Below the pieces are notes generated by a model that saw nothing but the letters and a program-made list of their open reading frames with translations, was not told the origin of the DNA and made no database searches. From assembly GCA_043811375.1 (NCBI GenBank), contig JBDRNJ010000024.1:32001-96000 (forward strand): a DNA stretch of 64,000 nucleotides. Reading direction: 5' to 3'. This stretch comes from a bacterium (lineage in GTDB: Bacteria; Zixibacteria; MSB-5A5; GN15; FEB-12). Within the stretch, counting starts at the first letter, position 1. Each line of letters begins with the position of its first letter. The translations under genes were made by a program, and so were the position numbers. Shown piece by piece: positions 19,697 through 29,159 of the stretch.

Positions 19697-20528
19697 TGTT
19701 CTCCCTTCTCCGGGCTGCTTTCTCTTTCAGTCCTTCCAACAGATCAGCCGGCACGTTCTGTGAACCGATCGTGCAATAATGGCTCGGTCGGCCGTGGAAA
19801 TCCGACCCGCCGGAGGTTACCAGACGATACCGCAGAGCTACGTGCTGCAGGTGTTCCCGGTCTGCCGGAGTGTGGTACGGGTGATATAATTCGATGCCAT
19901 CCAGCCCGAGATCGACCAACTTTTCCAGGTGACGCCAGGCATTGTCAACGATCGGGTGGGCCAGCACAGCGATACCACCCGCCGCATGCACGGTCGAAAG
20001 CGCTTCCCGTGGAGAGAAGTTGTCCTTGGCCACGTATGCCGGGCCATCGTTGCGAAGGTACTTGTCGAAAGCCTCCTGATATGTTTGCACCGCCCGCCCG
20101 CTAACCATGACGTCGGCGACATGGGGTCGTCCCACGGCCGCCGCACCGGCAGCTTCCTTAACATCCGGAAACGAGATATCGATATTCATAGCCTTCAGCT
20201 TTTCAACCATCCGGAGGGCACGTTGGTTCCGTCGTTCACGGAATTCCCTAAGGGCATCGGTCAGGTTCTGGTCCTCCGGGTCAAACAGGTATGCCAGCAG
20301 GTGCACATCGCCCCCGTCCATGGTTACCGACAGCTCCACCCCGGGAATCAACTCCGGACTGTTTTCATCGACCAGTTCCGACACCGCCCGGTAACCTCCC
20401 AGGCTGTCATGATCCGTAACTGAGATCGCGCTCAATTTCTGTTCTCGTGCCGCCTGGATCAACTGCTCTGCCGTATACCTGCCGTCCGAGAAGCAGGTAT
20501 GCAAATGCAGATCAATCCAGGCACTCAT
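19689..20528 (-). CDS. PHP-domain phosphoesterase (YciV/TrpH family)
   Basis: IDLHLHTCFSDG, SVTDHD, GVELS, GRPHVA, LAHP and GGSDFHG. Confidence 0.92.
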   Translation of the reverse strand: MSAWIDLHLHTCFSDGRYTAEQLIQAAREQKLSAISVTDHDSLGGYRAVSELVDENSPELIPGVELSVTMDGGDVHLLAYLFDPEDQNLTDALREFRERRNQRALRMVEKLKAMNIDISFPDVKEAAGAAAVGRPHVADVMVSGRAVQTYQEAFDKYLRNDGPAYVAKDNFSPREALSTVHAAGGIAVLAHPIVDNAWRHLEKLVDLGLDGIELYHPYHTPADREHLQHVALRYRLVTSGGSDFHGRPSHYCTIGSQNVPADLLEGLKEKAARRRENIE

Positions 20529-22052
20529 TCACAGGCTGCTTTCCACGCGCTCTCGAATAATCGTGGCTGTAGTTTGCGCTTCCTCAGCTACCGCCTCAGC
20601 TTCCTGGCGGGTGGCCGACACAAAGTTGCCGTCGGTCAATGAAGTCAGATTTATACGTACGTTATACCAGGCTCCTTCAACGGCCGCCAATCCCATCAGT
20701 CCGGCCACTCCGGCATCGGATATCGAGTTTTCGTTGCCTTTTTCAGCCACTATCCGAGCCAGTTTCAACACGTCCAGTGATTTTTTCATCACCGTCAGCG
20801 GCACCCGCGCGGCCTCCTGAGTGGCTTTCTCAACGGCCGCATCGCGAGCCGCTACCTCTTCGTCGGTGTTCCGGGGGAGCTTGAACGCCGCCATGACGTC
20901 GTCGAAAGCTTCCTTGTCGGTCTCGATTAACTGTGTCAACTCTGTGCGTAGTTTGTCCGCCCGGTCACGAATGTCGGATAATTCTTCTTTAACGGCCGCG
21001 TACTGCTTCTTGCCCACCGTGAGACGACAGACCATGGCCGACAGAGCCGCAGCCAGAACTCCGGCTGAAGCTGCCACCGAACCGCCCCCGGGAGCCGGTG
21101 ACGACGAGGCCACCTGGTCGTAAAACGTCTCACCCTGTGCGGCGGCACCACCGGCCGACTGTAGTTTTTCCTCCAGCACCTGTTCTTTGGAGAAGTTCTC
21201 CAACCTCAGGTAGAAATCAGAAACCGCCAGCATCGCATCATTAGGCACCAGTCCCACCATCTCGGAAGAAGTAACGTTCACCCCGTAGCGGGCAGCCTCC
21301 GACTTGATCGTCTCAAAAACCCGGAAGACCGGCGTCTTGGTGTAGTCGACCAGGTTCATCGATATCTGCACCTGGTCGCGTTCCTTGATCTCAAAACCCA
21401 GTGCTTTGACAAAGCGATAGCCGCCGCGCAGACTGCGCACGGCGTCGGCAATTTTGTCGGCTATCCATTTCTTGTTGGTGTCGAGATAAACATTAAAAGC
21501 CACCAGCGGAAAACGGACGCCGATAGCCGTAGCGCCGGATTTGAGATTCATCCTGGCCGGACCGTAATCCGGCTTCCGCGACGGGTCGGATTCAATACTG
21601 TCGCGCATCCCTTCGTATTCGCCGGTACGCACTTTCGCCAGGTTTTTACGATTGGGAGTCGTGGCGGCATTTTCATACAGATATACCGGAATCTGCAGTT
21701 CATCCCCGACTTTCCGGCCCAACCGATTGGCCAGTTCCACCCCTTCCTCAATAGTCATATCCGACAGCGGGATAAAGGGGCAAACGTCACAGGCACCCAT
21801 TCTGGGATGCTCCCCCTGATGAGTGGTCATATCAATAAGTTCGGCCGCTTTCTTATAACCCGCAAAAGCAGCCTCGACCGCCAGTTTGGGATGACAGACA
21901 AATGTCACTACGGCCCGGTTGTGATCGGGATCCATCTCCTTGTCCAGCAGAACCACTCCCTCCTGGGAGGTAATGGCCTCACAGATGGCATCAATCACTT
22001 CCGGGCGACGACCTTCGGAATAATTGGGCACACATTCGATCAGCTTCGCCAT
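20529..22052 (-). CDS. ftcd: Bifunctional glutamate formimidoyltransferase / formimidoyl-THF cyclodeaminase
   Basis: N-terminal ECVPNYSEGR..DPDHNR..GEHPRMGACDVCPF fused to C-terminal SPAPGGGSVAA..KGNENSISDAG..NVRINL. Confidence 0.93.
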   Translation of the reverse strand: MAKLIECVPNYSEGRRPEVIDAICEAITSQEGVVLLDKEMDPDHNRAVVTFVCHPKLAVEAAFAGYKKAAELIDMTTHQGEHPRMGACDVCPFIPLSDMTIEEGVELANRLGRKVGDELQIPVYLYENAATTPNRKNLAKVRTGEYEGMRDSIESDPSRKPDYGPARMNLKSGATAIGVRFPLVAFNVYLDTNKKWIADKIADAVRSLRGGYRFVKALGFEIKERDQVQISMNLVDYTKTPVFRVFETIKSEAARYGVNVTSSEMVGLVPNDAMLAVSDFYLRLENFSKEQVLEEKLQSAGGAAAQGETFYDQVASSSPAPGGGSVAASAGVLAAALSAMVCRLTVGKKQYAAVKEELSDIRDRADKLRTELTQLIETDKEAFDDVMAAFKLPRNTDEEVAARDAAVEKATQEAARVPLTVMKKSLDVLKLARIVAEKGNENSISDAGVAGLMGLAAVEGAWYNVRINLTSLTDGNFVSATRQEAEAVAEEAQTTATIIRERVESSL

Positions 22053-22071
22053 AGCAAACTCCGTAACTACT

Positions 22072-23037
22072 TTACTTCCGGGATCCGAATTTACGCCTGA
22101 GTCCCCAGGCCAGCAGGGGAATCATAATCTCGTGGTGACCGACGAAATTGAAACCGCGACCAGTATCCAGGGTCGGGCGTCTGACCACGTTTTCAGCAGG
22201 ACGATAATGAGTAATCATATCAAAATTCGCCGTTACCAACCGACTGCGACCCTGATTGACATTCCGGGCCACCGTCAGCGCTTTCAAAAACACTTCCGGC
22301 AATATAACGGCTGAACCGATATTTGCAACTACCCCGCCGCGATCAATAGCCCGGCACAGCGTACACAGCAGACGGAAATCGCGGTGGGACGCTGCCGCCG
22401 CCAGGGCGGCGTCGTATTCGGGATGCTGACAGACGATATCGGTACCGATGCCTAAATGCACCGTCACCGGCAGGTTAAGCCGTTGCGCCTGACCAAACAG
22501 GGAGAACTGTCGATGTTTCGCTTTCTCACCGTTGATCAGCCATCCGGCGGCCTCCCCCAGACCGATGTCGTCACGCGCCGCCGAGGTGCAGGCCGCGGCA
22601 AAAAGCTCGGCCGTGTCGCGCACCATACCAAACGAGCCGTCGGCCAGACCAGCCGCAACATCTTCCGAGGTACCTCCAAAAAAGGCGAGTTCCAGATCGT
22701 GAATGAGCCCCGCACCGTGCATGGAGAGCCCGGTCACCAGGCCGCGCTGCATCAGATCGATTATCACCGGCGACAGCCCCACCTTAATAACGTGCGCTCC
22801 CAACAGCCAGTGAAACGGCGCTCGGCGCCGACGGGCTTTGACAACCAGGGTGATAAACTCGTTCAGGTCGACCGCTTTCAGGAAATTCGGCAACGACTCA
22901 AAAAAATCGGCGCCCGTCATTCTTTTCATGGGCCGACCCAGGCCCGGCACCTGCGTCCGATTGGATCGTTGGGCATAACGGTAACGCTTGACCGACGTCA
23001 GGTCAATCGGCAGCAGCTTAGAGGGTTTTCGGGGCAC
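22072..23037 (-). CDS. Deoxyhypusine-synthase-like (DHS fold) uncharacterised protein
   Basis: LGAHVIKVGLSP, IHDLE..TSEDV, VHLGIGTDI, GSAVILPEVFLKAL and VGHHEIMIP. GTG start at 23037 follows GAGGA; the track start at 23220 lies inside the upstream gene. Confidence 0.72.
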   Translation of the reverse strand: MPRKPSKLLPIDLTSVKRYRYAQRSNRTQVPGLGRPMKRMTGADFFESLPNFLKAVDLNEFITLVVKARRRRAPFHWLLGAHVIKVGLSPVIIDLMQRGLVTGLSMHGAGLIHDLELAFFGGTSEDVAAGLADGSFGMVRDTAELFAAACTSAARDDIGLGEAAGWLINGEKAKHRQFSLFGQAQRLNLPVTVHLGIGTDIVCQHPEYDAALAAAASHRDFRLLCTLCRAIDRGGVVANIGSAVILPEVFLKALTVARNVNQGRSRLVTANFDMITHYRPAENVVRRPTLDTGRGFNFVGHHEIMIPLLAWGLRRKFGSRK

Positions 23038-23039
23038 GA

Positions 23040-23879
23040 TCAGAAATCCTCGATCTTGCCTAAACGATAATCGGTCAACTCGGCCGTGATCGAACCCACC
23101 AGCACTTTGGACTTCATCAGGACGGGCATTTTCAGACGATCGTCGGTCAACCAGACTCTCAGCCGGCCCTGATGCTTGAAAACACCCACCGATTTCAGCA
23201 ACGGTTCCACCACCACACAATCAAATGTCCCGGCCTCCACCGTTACCGTCTCCCGTTTGAGAACCTTCACCTCAAGCGGATAATGCTTGCCGTCCGTGAA
23301 GTTGTCAACTGCCAGCGCCTGGCCCGGCTTTAGTTCCTGGGTTCGTACATAGTACAACACTGACAGCGGATCCTGCACAAAGGGAGGTACCGACAGTGTG
23401 TCGTCGATGTAAAACGCCAGGTGATTGCGCTGATCGAAACAGTACCGTCTATCGGCCCGATAGCTGCCCTCCCGAAGGTTCTTCTCAAAACGCCAACTGA
23501 ACAACCCCACCGCGTCAATAATTGATTCCACTCGGTCATCAACGTTGTAGAAGGTGGAGAAGAATTTGTTGGAGTTGGCCCGTGAGACAATCTGGTGGCA
23601 GGGACGCTGCTCATACTCAACCAGTCGTACCACCTCCATGGTGGCCACCCCGGCATTGATAAAGCCGTAGTTGATATCGAACGTAAACTTCTCATTGGCC
23701 CCAAACGCCACATTCTCAACGTAGCGGTCGAAGGTATTGACTTCTTCGGTAATCTCGGAAGAGTCCTGAGACGCCTCGGCGATACCCACCTCCACCGTTA
23801 CGAAGTAGCCCAGGGGAAAAACACCGGCCACTACCAGCAGGATCAGCACGACTGTCTGCAACAGGGATCTACGCGGCAT
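23040..23879 (-). CDS. DUF3108-domain exported protein
   Basis: N-terminal TM/signal, YGFINAG, QDPLSVLYYVR, VEAGTFDC, VWLTDDRLKMPV and GSITAEL. Confidence 0.8.
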   Translation of the reverse strand: MPRRSLLQTVVLILLVVAGVFPLGYFVTVEVGIAEASQDSSEITEEVNTFDRYVENVAFGANEKFTFDINYGFINAGVATMEVVRLVEYEQRPCHQIVSRANSNKFFSTFYNVDDRVESIIDAVGLFSWRFEKNLREGSYRADRRYCFDQRNHLAFYIDDTLSVPPFVQDPLSVLYYVRTQELKPGQALAVDNFTDGKHYPLEVKVLKRETVTVEAGTFDCVVVEPLLKSVGVFKHQGRLRVWLTDDRLKMPVLMKSKVLVGSITAELTDYRLGKIEDF

Positions 23880-24363
23880 TGGTCTTCTCGTCTATCTTGT
23901 CGATAATCAACGGCAAGTGTTTACCCAGATACTCGCCTATTTCCAGAAACGCCGTGTTATACATCTCCAGTGGCTGCCCGATCGGGTCGTCGACACCTTC
24001 GCCGTTGCTGCCCGGCCGGGGAAAATTCTTGAATAAAAAGGTCCGATCAACTGCATCGCGCTTCAGCTTTAGAACTTCGTCCACGTGCCGCGGCGCCAGA
24101 CCAAGGATGAGATCGCAGCGATCGATCAACGCCACCGTCAGCGGCTGCGACTGGTGATAAGAGATGTCCACATCCCAGATACGGGCTGCCTCAATAGCAT
24201 ACATGGTGGCCGGATAACCGGTCGCAGCTCCCGTTCCCGATGACAGCACCTCAAACCTGCCCGGACGTTCCTTCGCCAGCAGCATCCGTAGCGCTCCCTC
24301 GGCCATAGGTGAACGACAGGTATTGCCGGTGCAGACAAACATGATGACATAGGGTTCACTCAT
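23869..24363 (-). CDS. Low-molecular-weight protein phosphatase (YwlE-type, probable protein-arginine phosphatase)
   Basis: FVCTGNTCRSPMAE P-loop and DDPIG motif. Confidence 0.9.
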   Translation of the reverse strand: MSEPYVIMFVCTGNTCRSPMAEGALRMLLAKERPGRFEVLSSGTGAATGYPATMYAIEAARIWDVDISYHQSQPLTVALIDRCDLILGLAPRHVDEVLKLKRDAVDRTFLFKNFPRPGSNGEGVDDPIGQPLEMYNTAFLEIGEYLGKHLPLIIDKIDEKTNAA

Positions 24364-25001
24364 GCCGGCCGCTCCTGCCAAGCCGCCATAATCTCATCGG
24401 AACCAATCGCACCCGGGCGCAGAATCCGAGGGCTGCCGCTACTGCAGTCGACAACCGTCGACGCCAAACCATCGAGCACCCCACCATCGAGAAACATATC
24501 AACGCCGCCGGTCAGGCCGCTTCTGATCCGGTCGATGGTTGTCAGGGCAGGTGAACCGGAACAGTTGGCCGATGTTGCCGTCAGGGGAAAATTCGTTCGA
24601 GCCATAATCTGTCTGACCACCGGCGCCGAGGATATCCGAATCCCCACCCGACCACTCGCGGCCAGCGGGCTGATCCAGTCCGGCTGCCGATTCAATACCA
24701 GTGTCAGCGGACCGGGCAGGAACCGGGCGGCCAATACTTGAGCCGGAGGATTCACTTCGGCATATTCGGCAGCCATCCCGAGACTGTCGACAAAGATTGC
24801 CATCGGTTGTTCCACCGGACGTCCCTTGACTCGATATACCCTGGTCACCACCTCCGGCCGGTCGGCCCGCCCCAGCAGGCCGTATTGTGTTTCGGTCGGC
24901 GCCACCACCAGGGCGCCGACACCCAGCAAATCAACCGCACGACCGATCACCGCCGACGACGGCTGACGATAATCAACCACAACGACCTTGACGTCAATCA
25001 T
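24360..25001 (-). CDS. tsaC: Threonylcarbamoyl-AMP synthase (YrdC/TsaC, single domain)
   Basis: PTETQYGL, KGRP, LPGPLTLVL, TATSAN and STVVD..ILRPG. Confidence 0.9.
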   Translation of the reverse strand: MIDVKVVVVDYRQPSSAVIGRAVDLLGVGALVVAPTETQYGLLGRADRPEVVTRVYRVKGRPVEQPMAIFVDSLGMAAEYAEVNPPAQVLAARFLPGPLTLVLNRQPDWISPLAASGRVGIRISSAPVVRQIMARTNFPLTATSANCSGSPALTTIDRIRSGLTGGVDMFLDGGVLDGLASTVVDCSSGSPRILRPGAIGSDEIMAAWQERPA

Positions 25002-25617
25002 GGTAGTCAAAGCCATCCTCATATTCCAGGCTGTCCTCAATCACCGGCCAGGTACTGTCGGAGTAAAGCAGTGGTGCCTGCGGCACTCCCACATTAACCA
25101 TAACCACCCAGGCCTCGGGATAACCGGCCGCCCGGACCCGCTGCTGGTAGTCCTCGGCCTCATCCCGGCTGGAGAAGCTGCCCACCCGCACTTTATAGTA
25201 CGGTACCTCATAATCAAGGAACACGGGACGATCAAAAATCTCGCCGGCTACCCGCATCGTGTGACGCGCCTCACCATAGAGCTTGCTGGTGAACAACTGT
25301 ATCCGGTAGGCCTGATGATTCAACGTGTCGATTGTTTCCGGCAGGTTAACGAACTGAACGGATGCCGACCTCTCGCTGTACGAATCCGGCGATAACGCCG
25401 CCTCACTGCCATGAATGGCGTCGGGCCGGGGATACTTTTGGGGTACCACCTCCACATCGCGGTGCAGGTCCAGGGGATCAAAACCGGTCTTGTCGGAATC
25501 GGCGGTTTCGTTACCTGATTGCTTGCCACCGGAATGAGGCGGTCGGATACATCCGTTGGACCAGGCCAGGCCGACTCCGATCAAAACGATACTAAAGATA
25601 CTGACGTGTCTTTTCAT
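24994..25617 (-). CDS. SPOR-domain lipoprotein
   Basis: Signal peptide ending AWSNGC; YRIQL..YYKVRVGSFSSRDEAE..GYPEAWVV. Confidence 0.82.
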   Translation of the reverse strand: MKRHVSIFSIVLIGVGLAWSNGCIRPPHSGGKQSGNETADSDKTGFDPLDLHRDVEVVPQKYPRPDAIHGSEAALSPDSYSERSASVQFVNLPETIDTLNHQAYRIQLFTSKLYGEARHTMRVAGEIFDRPVFLDYEVPYYKVRVGSFSSRDEAEDYQQRVRAAGYPEAWVVMVNVGVPQAPLLYSDSTWPVIEDSLEYEDGFDYHD

Positions 25618-26671
25618 CTTCTCCAAGCCGGGCCAGGATCTTCTTTATCTCCGAGGCCTTGGTGCGATGAGTCACCAGTGTGATATTGTCGGTTTTGACG
25701 ATAACCAGATCCGAAACGCCCAGAGTCGTAACGATCCCGTCGCTGTTATTATAAATGGTGCTCTCATATGTCTCCACCGCCACCGCCTCCCCGATGATGA
25801 CGTTGTTGTCTCTATCCATTTCCTTATACCGCTCCAGCGCCCGCCAGCCCCCGATATCATCCCAAATAATGTCGCCCTTGATGGTCAGCACGTTATCGGC
25901 ATTCTCTAAAACAGCAAAGTCAACTGAGATCGAAACCAATCTCTGATACAATTCCTGTCGTGCCTGCTGTTCACGATCGGTGCCGATTTCGTCAGAGTAG
26001 GCCGTGAGCAACCGGCTCATTTCCGGCTGACAATCAGCAATGGCTTTCAGGATCGATTGGGCGGACCAGACAAACATGCCGCTGTTCCAGAGATATTTGT
26101 TGCTGTAATAGTATTCATGGGCCACTTCCACCCGCGGCTTTTCGGTGAAGCCGGAGACAGCGTACACCACACACCCGCCCTCGTGCCTATACATGTCCCC
26201 CAGCTTGATGTACCCGTAATTGGTTTCCGGACGGGTGGGAGTTATGCCGATAGTAATCAGGCAGTCCTCGCTGGCGGCAATGGCGGTTCCGGCTTTCAGA
26301 ATCTCCAGCAGCTTCTGAGCCGGACGTATCAGGTGATCGGCCGACAAAACTACCATCATCGCCTGAGGATCTTCCCTGAGCAAATGGACAGCCGTCACTC
26401 CGATAGCGGCACAGGTGTTGCGACCCTGTGGCTCACACAGGATGTTGCTTTCATTAACCGAATCCATGGAATCGAGGATAAACCGATGCAACCCTTCACC
26501 GGTAACGATGCGAATATTCTCGGTCGGTATCAGCGGCAGCACCCGGTCAATAGTTTCTTCCAGCATGGTCTTATCGGATGTGAGTTTCAGAAACTGCTTG
26601 GGACGATCAACTCGCGACAACGGCCAGAACCGTTCACCTCTGCCACCTGCCAAAATGACTCCGTAGACCAC
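25592..26671 (-). CDS. manC: Mannose-1-phosphate guanylyltransferase
   Basis: VILAGGRGERFWPLSR..PKQFL, EPQGRNT, PETNYGYI, FTEKP, WNSGMF, SVDFAVLE and WDDIGGW. Confidence 0.93.
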   Translation of the reverse strand: MVYGVILAGGRGERFWPLSRVDRPKQFLKLTSDKTMLEETIDRVLPLIPTENIRIVTGEGLHRFILDSMDSVNESNILCEPQGRNTCAAIGVTAVHLLREDPQAMMVVLSADHLIRPAQKLLEILKAGTAIAASEDCLITIGITPTRPETNYGYIKLGDMYRHEGGCVVYAVSGFTEKPRVEVAHEYYYSNKYLWNSGMFVWSAQSILKAIADCQPEMSRLLTAYSDEIGTDREQQARQELYQRLVSISVDFAVLENADNVLTIKGDIIWDDIGGWRALERYKEMDRDNNVIIGEAVAVETYESTIYNNSDGIVTTLGVSDLVIVKTDNITLVTHRTKASEIKKILARLGEDEKTRQYL

Positions 26672-26706
26672 CTGTTATCCTTTCACCTTATCTCTCTAAT
26701 TACTTG

Positions 26707-26734
26707 ATTATAACGGAGTAATACTGTCAGTCAA
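26707..26734 (-). promoter_or_regulatory. Sigma70-type promoter upstream of manC
   Basis: Minus strand TTGACT-N16-TATAAT, ending 35 nt upstream of the manC start. Confidence 0.7.
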
Positions 26735-26814
26735 CATAAAGTTGAACGGGCGGGGCGGTTACAGCCGGTCCGGCGGGAATCACCAACCGCGCTCAAAGCA
26801 CCACCACCGGGAAT

Positions 26815-27540
26815 TCAACGACGAATGCGAAAAAACAGGAATACCCACGGTCGCAGTATCGACCACCAGCCAACCAGCGGCACGATCTTGGTGTAGTTTT
26901 TCTTCTCTTCGGGATAAGCCATTGTGACCGGAACTTCCACCATTCGGAAGTCGTTGCGGGCTACCTTGTAATGAATATAATACTCCAACTCGTAGCGATC
27001 AAGCCACTCCTGGTCGAGATTTATGTCAGGGTGATCAAGAATATCAAGTCGGTAGGCTCTAAAACCGCAGGTGACATCGGTACCTTTATATCTCAGCAGT
27101 ATATTGGTAACCAATGTAAACAGTCTGATAGCCAGATTGCGAAATAGCGGCAGGTTCGGACTCTGACCGCCCTCCAGGTATCTCGAACCCTGAACATAGT
27201 CGGCCTTATCCTCAAGGATCGGCGCCACTAAACGGGGAATCTCGCCGGGTATCATTTTGCCGTTACCGGCCATCACAACAATAGCCTTCAAGCCCTGTCG
27301 GCGACCGTAGTCGATAGCCTTTCTGATGGAAGTTCCCACGCCACAGTTCTGTTCATTCCGAATGACATGATGCCCTGCCGCCACAAGCCAGTCAGCGGAC
27401 TGATCGGTGGAACCGTCATCGACGAAAATCAGCCGGTACTCGGTGGGGGCCGGAAATAATCGCACCAGCCGCCGCAGTTTCTCACCCTCGTTGTAAGTGA
27501 TGACCGCCACCAGTATATCGCGCAGCGACCGTCCGTCCAT
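26815..27540 (-). CDS. GT2 glycosyltransferase (polyprenol-phosphate glycosyltransferase / DPM-synthase-like)
   Basis: TYNEG, VDDGSTD, NCGVG, VQGSRY, DVTCGFRAYR and EVPV. The usual DADG motif reads MAGNG here. Confidence 0.88.
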   Translation of the reverse strand: MDGRSLRDILVAVITYNEGEKLRRLVRLFPAPTEYRLIFVDDGSTDQSADWLVAAGHHVIRNEQNCGVGTSIRKAIDYGRRQGLKAIVVMAGNGKMIPGEIPRLVAPILEDKADYVQGSRYLEGGQSPNLPLFRNLAIRLFTLVTNILLRYKGTDVTCGFRAYRLDILDHPDINLDQEWLDRYELEYYIHYKVARNDFRMVEVPVTMAYPEEKKNYTKIVPLVGWWSILRPWVFLFFRIRR

Positions 27541-27541
27541 G

Positions 27542-28123
27542 TTACCTGGCCGTCACCTGTCCATCACGCAGAGCATACTCGCGTCCGCAGACCCGGCAGC
27601 GGGCTACTTCCTTATCACCGGAGCGCGAGAACTCCAGCCGTTGAGCACAGGTACAGACATATCCCGCCGGTCGAGCCGGATTGCCCAGCCAGAGACCAAA
27701 ATCAGGAACATCCCTGGTAACCACAGCCCCGGCGCCGATAAAGGCGAAGCGCCCCACAGTGTGTCCGGCTACAATCACGGCTCCGGCGCCGATCGTGGCG
27801 CCATGGCGGATCAGGGTGGCGTCATACCTGTCACGAGCCACCTTGCTGCGCGGGTAAACGTCGTTGGTGAACAGGACGCCGGGACCGACAAAGACTTCAT
27901 CCTCCAGAACCACCCCATTCCACAATGAGACCCCGTTCTTGACAGTCACCCGGTCGCCGACTACGACTCCTTTCTCAACAAAACAGCCATCGCAGATGTT
28001 GCAGTCGGCGCCTATACGAGCGCCCTGCTGAACATTGCAGAAGGCCCAGATGCGACTGCCGGCACCTATCTGATCGGTCTCGACAATGGCCGCGGGATGA
28101 GCGAAAAACCTGGTGTCCGTCAT
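27542..28123 (-). CDS. Hexapeptide-repeat nucleotide-sugar N-acetyltransferase (WbpD/WxcM-like)
   Basis: IGAGSRIWAF, FVGPGVLFTND, GAGAVVTRDVP and GNPAR; C-terminal CxC..CxxC. Confidence 0.88.
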   Translation of the reverse strand: MTDTRFFAHPAAIVETDQIGAGSRIWAFCNVQQGARIGADCNICDGCFVEKGVVVGDRVTVKNGVSLWNGVVLEDEVFVGPGVLFTNDVYPRSKVARDRYDATLIRHGATIGAGAVIVAGHTVGRFAFIGAGAVVTRDVPDFGLWLGNPARPAGYVCTCAQRLEFSRSGDKEVARCRVCGREYALRDGQVTAR

Positions 28124-28124
28124 A

Positions 28125-29135
28125 TCAGTCGAGTCTGACTACCTTTCCCTGGTTCCGTATCGACAGGTTGGCGGCTTCCAGGATACGCACCACCCGCAGT
28201 CCTGCCTGCCCATCGGTCAGGGCCGGTCGATCTTCATGGATACAGTTGTAAAATTCGCGACTCACGTGGTGAAGCGCCTCCGTCAGGTCGACATGCGGAG
28301 CCCACATGTCTCCCGTTCGATATTGTATCAACATGCGGTAGATTTCATCCCCATCGGGGATAACGTCCACTCCCCGATCATATACTTTGACCTTTTCCGA
28401 CGGTTCCGTGTCATCGTAGATAATCATCTGGCGCGATCCTGAGATAAGGGTCTTGCGTACCTTGACCGGCGCCAGCCAGTTGACATGAATATGCCCCAGC
28501 AGGTTGTCATCGTAATAGGTCGAGATGTAGGCGATGTTCTCGATGTCGCCCTCGAAATGTGCCATACCGGTGGCGGCTATCGCCCGCGGCGACCGATCCA
28601 GCAGGTAGTCCATGATGGAAACATCGTGGGGAGCCAGGTCCCAGATAACGTTGACATCGTGCTGGAACAGGCCCAGATTCACTCGCACCGAATCGAAATA
28701 GTACAACTGTCCCAGTTTGCCGGAAACCACCAACTCCTTGATGGTCTGTACGGCGCCGGTGTAAACAAAAGTGTGGTCGACCATCAGCCGCAACCGCTTC
28801 TGCTCGGCGGCATCGATTAACCGTTGACCCTGTTCCACCGTAGCCGTCAGTGGTTTTTCCACCAGCAGATGTTTGCCGTTGGCCAGGGCTTCCATACCCA
28901 GTTCGAAGTGGCTCGACACCGGTGTGGCGATCACCACCGCATCAATGTCGGGCGACCGCAATACCTCGTTGGTGTCTGCGGTCAGACAGGAAATGGCCGG
29001 ATACCGGCGACGAACGAAGTCCAGTCGGTCAAGACGCCGGTCGCACACGGCGACAACCTCAATGTCGTCCAGAGCGTTAAAATTGCGGATCAGGTTGGGA
29101 CCCCAGTAGCCACAACCGATAATGCCGATTTTCAT
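28125..29135 (-). CDS. Gfo/Idh/MocA NAD-dependent sugar oxidoreductase (WbpB-like)
   Basis: IGIIGCGYWGPNL, VEKPL and WDLAPHD. Confidence 0.9.
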   Translation of the reverse strand: MKIGIIGCGYWGPNLIRNFNALDDIEVVAVCDRRLDRLDFVRRRYPAISCLTADTNEVLRSPDIDAVVIATPVSSHFELGMEALANGKHLLVEKPLTATVEQGQRLIDAAEQKRLRLMVDHTFVYTGAVQTIKELVVSGKLGQLYYFDSVRVNLGLFQHDVNVIWDLAPHDVSIMDYLLDRSPRAIAATGMAHFEGDIENIAYISTYYDDNLLGHIHVNWLAPVKVRKTLISGSRQMIIYDDTEPSEKVKVYDRGVDVIPDGDEIYRMLIQYRTGDMWAPHVDLTEALHHVSREFYNCIHEDRPALTDGQAGLRVVRILEAANLSIRNQGKVVRLD

Positions 29136-29159
29136 CGCTATGTTTCCCTTACGGGTTGA

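Noticed and set aside
18977..20104. 375-aa plus-strand ORF
   Set aside because: Antisense to the metalloprotease and PHP genes; no family features.
22072..23037. DHS-like protein as an EF-P hypusination enzyme
   Set aside because: efp is more than 21 kb away, and its tip residue is Arg rather than the Lys needed for deoxyhypusine formation.
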